From: Eledone cirrhosa
Taxonomy: Eukaryota
Length of the DNA stretch: 22,536 bases
Reading direction: 5' to 3'
Assembly (NCBI GenBank): GCA_964016885.1
Contig: CAXHJY010000895.1
Location: 1-22,536, forward strand
Below the pieces are notes generated by a model, which made no database searches, was not told where the DNA came from, and worked only from the letters and a program-made list of their open reading frames with translations. This document shows positions 12,593-22,536 of this stretch, piece by piece. The position numbers and the translations under genes are program-made. Numbering within the stretch: the first letter of the stretch is position 1; each line of letters begins with the position of its first letter.

Positions 12593-14039
12593 TTCCCTTA
12601 TGACGAAGATGAAAAGTAAGTTAATAATTTCTTAATGAGAGTCAGATGTGTAATGCGCTTACTGGCCACCAGCAAATAATATCTTCACATGTTAGGTTTG
12701 CCGGGTATTCAGCTCTTCGTTTACGGTGACGAAGAATGAAACTATAATTTATATGGATTTCGAATGATAATCTAAATTTGTATAGCAATGTATTCAGGAA
12801 AAATTCACCGCGTATATCACCACTTAATTTCCTTAATTGATTTCTAACATAGACTCAACTCATCAGTCTAGGTACTGTAAATATATACCATTTTCCAGCT
12901 GAAATTAAGTTGCTAATGTACATATTTCATTACCCCTGTCGTGTTTAACAAAGGTTCCGACTAAAGTTCCAGCTTGGTTTATTTCAGCCCCGTCATTAAT
13001 AATATGAAGCAATGACATGAATGTGACAATTATATACACTCTACTTTGTCACACGAACATAGACATATGAAAGCCAGAATTCTCTTAAACTTCGCACTAA
13101 CATAAAGCCTGCTACATTATATAATGCAGTCTCTGATTCACCTGAAAAACACTTGTTCTTCTCGACCATACTGAATAAGGAGAAACCTGATGAGTAACAA
13201 ACACAGCAGCAGCAATAACACCAATTGCAATAAAAGCAAAGAATGCAAATATTTATATTATTGCTTTATAAATATATTCTTTTGCCCTACTATATGAAAT
13301 CATGAAATCCATCATTCGTTAAATATTTATCAAATATTTGCGGTGATTTCAAATATGATGCGATCCCAAATTCTATCTTAATTTGATAGCTGACACCATA
13401 GAATGCTACGCTAATTACGGAGGCAATTGCTTTCAGCAATTAAGATGAAAATGTGCTAGCATAGAATTACGTTTTAATCGTTGATATACAAAAATATATT
13501 GCCACTGAAACATCGTTTCAAAGTTATATTCTCATCATTTCAACCAGTTGAAATTGTTATTAGCATAAACTGTGGCAATAATTCAGAATACAAACTTTAT
13601 ATAAATGCATAACCTTTTATCGAATTATTTTAATGTTTAATTCTCTTTGAAACTTTGCTTATGGTGTGTTTGAATCTTGCGTTCCCAAGTCGATGTAATG
13701 CGATTCATAACCTCGGGAATAGCGATTAAGTGGAAAGCATTATTGAATCGAAAGGAATGGGACACTAAACATATTCAAGGCTTTTTTATCTCTATATTGC
13801 GCAGTTAGGAAAAACTGGTAAATTGCCAATAAAATATGAATGCTATATACCTATTAATAATTCAAACGTATTTCCCTGATAAAATTATGCATGGACAAAG
13901 AATGGTTGTAGATGTCCGAATCAGTAAAGCAGTATAGAGTGCAGTTTCTGAATTAACTTTAGCCCGCCATGCATATAAATCTATGGTGGAATACGACATT
14001 TGTTTCATGGAAAACTTCAATTATTTTACAGTTAGTTTC

Positions 14040-15865
14040 CCAGCAAGCTGGAGGAGATCTGTATGTTGTCGGATGGAAGCTCAGCTTTCGTCATGGATAC
14101 CAGGGATATAATACAACATGGTTTTAAAATGATCTTTCTAAAGCTTCAAGATGTTACTCCTGACAGATTCTGTATTAGTCATGCATTTCTTGTATCTGCG
14201 CTAAGTATTGCTGTCCTTGTCATCAAACCAAATATGATATTTACGAACTGGTAGAACCAAAACTCCAACGGAAGTTATATAAGCTGCTTCTCATATGGCT
14301 AATTTAATTGTTCCAATGACATCAAATATCTTGAAAGAGGGGAGAGAGAATGAGAACTGATTGCAGATCTCAGTCTGTTTTTCTCTGAAACTTAATTGTA
14401 AAATATCGATACCAGTGACGTTTGGATTCTCTTACGATAAAGAAGAAATGTGAGGTCATTGCGAAGGAAAGTGTGATTCGGCAGAAAGCAGGTGCTATGA
14501 AAGGAGCGTTTAATCATAACGTCTTGGAAATTCTGATCTATGTGGGATCACGATGTTAATTATATGCCAGTCCTTGTATCTAGGATACATCCAAGTGGTT
14601 TTAAGTTAGTTTGATCAAGGGAAATTTACATTGTTGATAGTGAAATTGAATTTTCTACAAAATGAAAGAAGGATCAGTCCATTTGCGTTTACTGACAATC
14701 TATCTATGGTCCCAAAATACTGCACAGTGACTGATGATCTATGCCAACTCGAGTGCTGAAATCCACTATTATGATAATCTTAATCTTATGATGAAAACAT
14801 CTGATGGCACTGTTCATTTGATCATATAATTAATACTCTCATGGCTGAGGCATAGTATCTGCCTTGTGTGGCCGTAGCATTACTTTCTTAGCAATGGGTC
14901 ACTGATGCAATTCGAGTCGACAAAGTGTGGCAGGAAACTAAAGAACTAGGCTATTTTTATTTGATCCCAACTTTAACAACTGCTAAACGGTGACCTTCCC
15001 ATCATCCAACAATCCAGAAAAAAGCATATTCTTTTCTTAATTTATCTAACTGGGATTAACTAGCACATCTAGTTTCACTGAGTGAAGCAATATAAATGTT
15101 ATAACTCGGCAATTCCAAGCTTACGAGTAGTTTTTTTCTTTCTATACCGAATATTGGTCTTGAAATATGCATACATTTTAAGATCCAAGTTGAAATTTCT
15201 TTTTACTGCTTCTGAAATTGAGTTCCCATATAACCTGAACACGACCTGCAAAGTTTGAGAGGTAAGCAATCAAAGTTTGCGGATTTTCTCCCACTCTCAC
15301 CAAATTGGAAAAAGCAATAGTATGTCTTAAAAGAGTAACTTTATCAAAATCGGAGAATTCAGACAGCACAATTGCTCAATAGTTTGTGCTTGAACGGCAA
15401 TCACTATGTACAATGCCAGCAAGAACCTTACAGTAATATATTTCACTTGTTCATTCGTCTTCTCTCTCTAGCCATTGGGCCTGTTGCAATTAAATTTTGC
15501 GTGTAACTGACTGCAATACAGAAGGACTGCTGCAAGGATGATTTGTTGAAAAAGAGGGAAATATGCGTGGTGGCAAATACAAATTTAGATAAACTGATAG
15601 CAAAGATCGGTGCACATGTTTACCATGCGACATTTTGAATAAACACCCTCATGGTTTTAATGTGTTCCATACTGGTACAGCGAATGATGTAACAAGCTGC
15701 GAGGTCTACAGCATAAGGTGAATATTGGTTTTATTGGATGGCCTTTAACTCACATGAGATACTCAGCTACCTGACGAGCCTCGTTCTTCATATTCCAACA
15801 TGTCAAAAAACGCTCATCACTAAAACGTTTTGATTGTGTTGCCGGTATATTCGCCGACGTAACAT
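14040..15865 (-). pseudogene. Possible heavily decayed, intronless TRIM-NHL (RING/B-box/NHL) pseudogene
   Basis: Hand translation of the minus strand gives remnants in TRIM domain order: FSDERFLTC..FTLCCR (RING-like), CTDLCYQFI*ICICHHAYF (B-box1-like), EIYYCKVLAGIVHSDC (B-box2-like), then GLLDDGKVTV, SFKIFDVIG and DDKDSN/ILSADTRN (NHL-like); many stops and frameshifts. Recognition by eye only. Confidence 0.4.
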
Positions 15866-15914
15866 GAGCTAGATTACATAATATCTGTAGCGCCCGAGAC
15901 CGTCCTGCCACGAT

Positions 15915-15978
15915 CACACACACTCATACGCAAACACACGCTCACACATAAGCGCTCACACACACACACGCATACACG

Positions 15979-16028
<50 letters not shown>

Positions 16029-16041
16029 TACACACACATAC
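15915..16041. repeat. (CA)n-rich microsatellite
   Basis: Directly visible. Confidence 0.9.
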
Positions 16042-18069
16042 GAACCTTAGTTTTGTAATATCGTGAAGCCATAGAATAGAACCATAAGCTGATAAGCCGT
16101 ACAAACCCTTATATAATATTAAGACATTCAATATTCACACACAGTTAGTGGGGTAATTACATTTCCGAAATAAATTAATGTTGAAACAAAACAACTGAAA
16201 TAGGCAATCTCTTAAGGCATTAATCCTAACACCAAATTACAGGTAAATGACAGGATATATTTCTAATTTTGATAGCACATCGATGACACCAAAATGTCTA
16301 AGTCTAAAAGTTATGTAGTACCTCTTACGATGGTACATTGGTACTTTTTTATTTATAATTATTTTTACAATAGATTAGCAGTGTACAAGAGGTGGGAACC
16401 GATTACTATCAGGATTTGCTTAATGTCTTACAATTCCATTATTCAACCATGTCAAATATTTTTACCAATACACCTTATATTTGCTTACTGTCACTATTAT
16501 ACTGGATTGGCAGTAATTCTAGAGTGTGAGACATTAATTCATGTGGTATTTATTCATGGTTAAATATGTTTGAATCAAAATATCTTCCGGGGCAAGCATT
16601 TATTTCATTTTATCCTGTCTGACAAAATGAAATATCGATAAAATGTCAGATGCAATATTGTCTCGTATATGCATCCTTGTATGTGTTGAGGTTGAATGCA
16701 ACATCCTTCGATATTTATTCAATCATCTGGGGAAAATCAATTGGAATTAATTTGCGGAAGTAAAGTACCAGTGATGTTATGGATAGATTCTCTCATTCAG
16801 ACAAACAAAATAGAAACTGTAAACTTAGCCTATGCTATACATCGATATGTCAGGTGGAGATAGGATTTGTTCACTTCATTCTGACTAAAGCTTGAAAACA
16901 AACATGATGGCGGCGACAAAACAAAATACAAATGAAGTATTTTGGTTTATTTTACGAGTTAAATTATCTCCCAAATCTGGTACACTTGTAGCAATTCATA
17001 AACCAATATTTTATATGTAGAAATGTGTTGCTTTGACGAGATCACTGGAATATCTGACAAGAGGTTGTAAATAATTCTGTTCTTATATATTATAGGGTAG
17101 AATTATCTGAGGTCACGTTTGTTACTCTCATACTATTGGTGTGAATCAATGTGACTTAGTGCATATTTTAGAACTTTATGCCGAACAAATTGCCTTAAAG
17201 TATTTTGATACAACGTTTTACATTCCGGGTTGAACTTTCATTAAAATCAATTTTGGATATCAACTTTCGTGTACTTGGCTCGATAAATCGAGTATGCTCT
17301 TTCCAGAAATGTGTAGCCGATTGTCTATGTAAGAAATCGATATTTAAATGAAGCATTCTTTCACATTTTTATTTCGGGGTTAAAAAAAGTACTTTTGTGA
17401 TGTAAAGAAATTTTATTTGAAACAGAATCTTTGATCGGTCTTGAAAATAATATACGTGCCTACAACAAAAGTGCCAAAGTCATCCGTTTTTACCTTCCAC
17501 TCCATCATAGTCAAATGAATAAAGAAAGATAAAATGAAAGATTCCTCATTTCCTTAGGCATATTAAGGTAAAATAGGTTTTATTCGATCTACTCTTCTAT
17601 GAGGCCTTTCGTATTGAGAGACAATGGCAATTGTCTCCACATCAGATCGCAAATGTTGCCATGCCTCTCTTCTTGCAGTGTCTGGCATGAAAGTTTTAAA
17701 TAATCCAAAATACCAAGACAGAGATTTCACCTAAATGTTTGTTGCTGTCTAGACGATTTTAGTGCACTCCTAATTAACTTATGTTGTTTATTTTCATATA
17801 TTCAATAAAAAATTTAGCCGGGGGAGAAAACTATTTCATTTATTATTAGTTTTGCTTCTATTTAATTATCGTTTACTTAAATGACATCTATTATAAAAAA
17901 CACCTCATATACTTAAACATGATGCAGCTGAAATCTATGTGCATTGTTTACGTATGTATACAAATAGTGTTCACATACAGATACGCTTGAAAACATACGC
18001 AGTAGCACACGCACAAAGATATACATACTCACACTCACGCACACACAAATATATATATATATATGATTA

Positions 18070-18106
18070 CGAGCTGAGGATCGCTAAGGTGAAAGAATAC
18101 TTCTCG
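18070..18106 (+). ncRNA. Degenerate minimal hammerhead candidate
   Basis: CGAG CTGAGGA TCGCTAAGGT GAA AGAATACT T CTCG: intact cores, 4-bp stem I, stem III one base from the palindrome AGTATACT, but stem II pairs poorly. Confidence 0.4.
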
Positions 18107-18138
18107 GTATAGTGAACTAACTGTTGTGTAACCACTTC

Positions 18139-18170
<32 letters not shown>

Positions 18171-18190
18171 AATATATATATATATATATA
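18139..18190. repeat. (TA)n tract at the left junction of element B
   Basis: Directly visible. Confidence 0.9.
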
Positions 18191-18318
18191 CAAAGTTTTA
18201 TTTAAATTGTTGGGTTACAACGAGTAAATATTTATAACTGATATAAAAGCACTCAACAAGTATTTGGAGTATATTTACGATATTAAATAAATGGAAACTA
18301 TATTTATAAAACCATATT

Positions 18319-18384
18319 TATTTCATTATATATATTTCAGGGATATCATATTAAAAATATGTTATGCCTTCTTCAGACAAAATA
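18319..18384 (-). ncRNA. Type I hammerhead ribozyme motif (family B)
   Basis: Minus strand reads TATTTTGT CTGAAGA AGGCATAACATATT TTT AATATGATATCCCT GAA ATATATAT A ATGAAATA: 8-bp stem I (2 G-U), 14-position stem II with C-C and A-A mismatches, palindromic stem III, AUA triplet. Confidence 0.82.
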
Positions 18385-18534
18385 CAATATAAACAGTCTT
18401 ATAAATAGATAGAATCGACATACCTTTCAACTTCGACTTCCATTTGAAAAGTTGATTTGGTAGTGAAAAATATTAGGGACAGTTATAAAAAGAAAGAAAG
18501 AAAAACGAAGAAAAAGAAGAAATGCATGCAACTA

Positions 18535-18631
18535 AATAGAGAGAGATAGATATAGGGAGATAGATAGAGAGAAGAAATTCATGTAAAGAAACAGAGAGAG
18601 ATATATAGAGAGAGGAAAAAAATACAGAGGG

Positions 18632-18687
<56 letters not shown>

Positions 18688-18730
18688 AAATATAGAGAGA
18701 TAGATATAGATAGAGATAGAGAGAAAGAAA
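18535..18730. repeat. (GA)n/(GATA)n-rich tract within element B 3' region
   Basis: Directly visible. Confidence 0.85.
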
Positions 18731-19720
18731 ATAGGTAGTTGAGCACCAGTTGAATGACGTATCAATGATATATTTATTTATTTATTCATTTATTTAGCTC
18801 TAGTATTAATCTAGAGAGAGATATATGTGGTTAGGAGAGAAAATAGCCGTTACATAGAGAGAAAAGAAAAATATCCAGACATAAACGAGGCAGATTTAAA
18901 ACACTATGTTTCATCAATGTAAAAATATCAATTCGTATAAATCAGGCATTATAATGTAAATATCAGTATTCAAGAATGAGACACGTATCAATAATGTGTG
19001 AAAAATAATGATCATATGTCTAGTTTAAAATTCCTAGGTTTATATCAGAGTTGAGATAAAATAGAAGGTTATCCCAGATTCGATACTATAGACATCCATG
19101 TGAATTTACGTGATCAGCTCTGCAAATTCCTATTTCACACGAAAACATTCTCAAAGTGCTATAAAAATTCTAGTATACATATATGTGTACATACACACAA
19201 AAATATATAGAGTCTACATTAATTTTAACAATACTATTCTTGTCTTTACTCTACATGATTATCGTTCAAGCATAAATAGAGAACAGATATCAATATATCA
19301 ATAAAAATATCAGAAACAAAAAAATAAATAAAAACAAAAAAATATTAAAAATAAAAATATTAAAAATATTAAAAATAAAAATAAAACATAGTATGCCCCG
19401 CAAATCAACCACAGAGATCAACCCTTCAAAGTTAATTGACAATATATTGCCAAGTTCGTTATAAGCATCAGAATCAAAAGCAAACAAAACCAAAAATTAT
19501 TTACCAAATCCTGTCTAGCAGAAAACATTCCAAAAGTTTAGGATACCCATTTGATCTTATATTTAATATAGAAGTTTATCTAGTGTAAAATTTATTCGAT
19601 ATATTTGGAGCATCAGCTTTTAGGGTAGTTTAATTATTCATGAAGAATGTTTAAAATAAAAAAGAAATCGAAAGATTTATCGGCGAGTTTCATAAATAAT
19701 TATAAATCAAATTAAATATA

Positions 19721-20366
19721 CTACATTTTAAATTTATATTTATATTTAAGAGTTGAGTTCAATCTATGTCTGCAGCAACTGAATAAATGTGTCCGTAAAT
19801 TAAGGGAATTTTTAGATTTTAGTATAAAGAATATCTCCTCCGCGCAGAGGTCACATGTCTCAGAGGATGAATTAAAAGGAATCCCTCTTGAGACTATATT
19901 CCAAGCCGTCGAATATCCAACGTTATCATGCCTAAGTTGCCAGAGTAAGCCTAATAGTGATGTTGAAGATTTTTTGCTTGGATCTGTGAAAGAATTCTTG
20001 TGGTTATTATAGCGAAGTTTAAATTCTGTCGAGGTGGAACCAACATAGTTAAAAGAATTTAAGTTCGTTTTAACATTACAGTTGTATATTATATTTTTAA
20101 CTAAGCAATTGTTATTTAACGGACATTTAGATCTATCTCTACAGTTACATTTGTTTACTTGGATATTATTTATGCTATTATCGGTATTTTGGCTAGGTTT
20201 TAAATTCCTATTATTTATTCTATTAATATTTTATGCTAAATTTTTGGTGGATGAGTAGGTTAATTTTATATTATGTCTATTGAAAATTGAGTGATACCTA
20301 TGTGTTCTAGGGAAGCGATTATCAAGAGCATTAAAAAATAGTTTAGCGATGTGGGTTTTAATGTTT
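19721..20366 (-). pseudogene. Inverted duplicate of the GIY-YIG endonuclease half of element B
   Basis: Minus strand reads NIKTHIAKLFFNALDNRFPRTHRYHSIFNRHNIKLTYSSTKNLA* ... CNCRDRSKCPLNNNCLVK ... YVGSTSTEFKLRYNNH ... CDLCAEE ... SCCRHR; in-frame TAA at ~20232. Confidence 0.88.
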
Positions 20367-21875
20367 GAGTGGTTTAAAGAAATTAAATATAACAATAATA
20401 ATAAGTTTATTCAACTAGATATTGCTAACTATTATTCATCAATTACCCCTAATCTACTAAATAAGGCACTAAATTACGCATTCAAACATACAGACCTAAC
20501 TAGCAATGAAATGCACATTATATTATCGGCTAGGAAAACATTGATAGAATTTAATGACCAACTATGGACCAGAGCAGATAGAGATAACAATTTCGACATT
20601 ACTATGTGATCATCCGACTCAGCTCAGGTAACTGACCTTGTGGGCCTATTTTTAATCAATTCGCTGCATAGGAAAATACCCGGTGCTACCGGAGGTTTAT
20701 ATAGAGATGACATGCTTTTACTTATTGAAAATAATAACTCTGAACTAAATAGAAAAAGAAAACAAATTACACAATTTTTTACTTACTTTAATCTAAAAAT
20801 AGAAATTGAGAATAACCATAGAATAGTCAATTTCCTAGATGTAACATTAAATCTCAACACATGTCTTCACTATCCATTTCACTAGTTGAATGAAAACTTA
20901 AACTATGTCAGCTTTAAATCTAACCACCCCAGATCTGTTAAAAATACTATAGTAAACTCTGTTCAAAAACGTATCTCTAGAATCTCATCTAATAAAAAGA
21001 TTTTCGACGAAAAAGCCCAGTATTACAATGAAGCGTTAGCTAGAGCAGGATATAGTGATAAAATTATGTACATAGATAATAATAGACAAACTAACCAAAA
21101 TAACAACAATTTTAATTACGGCAACAACTTTAACAACTATAATAGAAAGCATTACAATAATTCCAAAAGCCAAAAAAGAAATAGAACTAGGAATATAATA
21201 TGGTTTGCCCCCCCCCCCCTTTCTCACTAAACATTAAAAGCCACATCGCTAAACTATTTTTTAATGCTCTTGATAATCGCTTCCCTAGAACACATAGGTA
21301 TCACTCAATTTTCAATAGACATACTATAAAATTAACCTAATCATCCACCAAAAATTTAGCACAAAATATTAATAGAATAAATAATAGGAATTTAAAACCT
21401 AGCCAAAATACCGATAATAGCATAAATAATATCCAAGTTAACAAATGTAACTGTAGAGATAGATCTAAATGTCCGTTAAATAACAATTGCTTCGTTAAAA
21501 ATATAATATACAACTGTAATGTTAAAACGGACTTAAATTCTTTTAACTATGTTGGTTCCACCTCGACAGAATTTAAACTTCGCTATAATAACCACAAGAA
21601 TTCTTTCACAGATCCAAACAAAAAAATCTTCAACATCACTATCAGGTTTACTCTGGCAACTTAGGCATTATAACGTTGGATATTCGACGGCTTGGAATAT
21701 AGTCTCAAGAGGGATTCCTTTTAATTCATCCTCTGAGACATGTGACCTCTGCGCGGAGGAGATATTCTTTATACTAAAATCTAAAAATTCCCTTAATTTA
21801 CGGACAAATTTATTCAGTTGCTGCAGACATAGATTGAACTCAACTTTTAAATATAAATATAAATTTAAAATGTAG
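20367..21875 (+). pseudogene. 5'-truncated, disrupted Penelope-like reverse transcriptase + GIY-YIG endonuclease ORF
   Basis: RT motifs EWFKEI, FIQLDIANYYSSI, FDITM*SSDSAQVTDLVGLFL, GLYRDD, NFLDVTLNL, SNHP; then RNIIWFAPP, CNCRDRSKCPLNNNC, IIYNC..YVGSTSTEFKLRYNNH, CDLC, CCRH. Stops at 20607, 20883 and ~21338; frameshifts in the poly-C (~21210-21219) and poly-A (~21620-21626) runs. Confidence 0.93.
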
Positions 21876-22536
21876 TATATTTAATATGATTTATAATTAT
21901 TTATGAAACTCGCCGATAAATCTTTCGATTTCTTTTTTATTTTAAACATTCTTCATGAATAATTAAACTACCCTAAAAGCTGATGCTCCAAATATATCGA
22001 ATAAATTTTACACTAGATAAACTTCTATATTAAATATAAGACCATCTGTAGATCAAATGGGTATCCTAAACTTTTGGAATGTTTTCTGCTAGACAGGATT
22101 TGGTAAACAATTTTTGGTTTTGTTTGCTTTTGATTCTGATGCTTATAACGAACTTGGCAATATATTGTCAATTAACTTTGAAGGGTTGATCTCTGTGGTT
22201 GATTTGCGGGGCATACTATGTTTTATTTTTATTTTTAATATTTTTAATATTTTTATTTTTAATATTTTTTTGTTTTTATTTATTTTTTTGTTTCTGATAT
22301 TTTTATTGATATATTGATATCTGTTCTCTATTTATGCTTGAACGATGATCATGTAGAGTAAAGACAAGAATAGTATTGTTAAAATTAATGTAGACTCTAT
22401 ATATTTTTTGTGTGTATGTACACATATATGTATACTAGAATTGTTATAGCACATTGAGAATGTTTTCGTGTGAAATAGGAATTTGCAGAGCTGATCACGT
22501 AAATTCACATGGATGTCTATAGTATCGAATCTGGGA

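Larger units (their letters stand above)
18191..22536 (+). mobile_element. Penelope-like retroelement B: inverted 3' arm (18191-20366) + 5'-truncated RT-EN body; continues right of the window
   Basis: 19072-20366 is the reverse complement of ~21230-22536; RT and GIY-YIG motifs on +; hammerhead near the outer end of the left arm; (TA)n junction. Confidence 0.92.

Noticed and set aside
13187-13240. CTGATGA hammerhead-like core
   Set aside because: No correctly placed GAAA or supporting helices downstream.
14731-14770. CTGATGA...GAAA spacing
   Set aside because: Stem II does not pair and no stem III can form.
15771-15830. CTGACGAG motif
   Set aside because: No GAAA core or stems.
16601-17640. 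Short inverted repeats (TATTTCATTTT/AAAATGAAATA near 16601; GAGACAAT/ATTGTCTC near 17620)
   Set aside because: Short, AT-rich and isolated; compatible with chance.
19290-19493. Identical 67-aa hydrophobic ORF in both arms (also 22114-22317)
   Set aside because: Identity results from the inverted duplication; non-ATG start and T-rich low-complexity UTR.
20607-20609. In-frame TGA in the RT as possible selenocysteine
   Set aside because: It falls at the conserved Gly of the MGS motif (GGA to TGA), and the ORF also has TAG/TAA stops and frameshifts, so simple decay is more likely.

Overview
AT-rich, microsatellite-dense animal DNA (cephalopod/Octopus-like by composition; inference) with no intact host gene. 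It is dominated by Penelope-like retroelements (PLEs) inserted at (TA)n tracts. Element A (4190-10972) is a 5'-truncated copy with an uninterrupted GIY-YIG endonuclease frame, a ~4.4 kb microsatellite-rich 3' region and an inverted copy of its own 3' end; a diverged copy of the same 3' region occupies 1-1956. Element B (18191 to beyond 22536) is a second family with a decayed RT + GIY-YIG ORF and the same inverted-arm architecture. Manual folding gives five clear type I hammerhead ribozyme motifs from three sequence families plus one degenerate candidate, arranged as convergent pairs around three (TA)n tracts. Family A hammerheads have a ~115-nt stem II with structure-preserving differences between copies, and all three families place a C-C mismatch at the fourth pair of stem II. 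The central unique region holds a small TA-flanked MITE and a probable heavily decayed TRIM-NHL pseudogene. Most short ORFs in the track are microsatellite translations.
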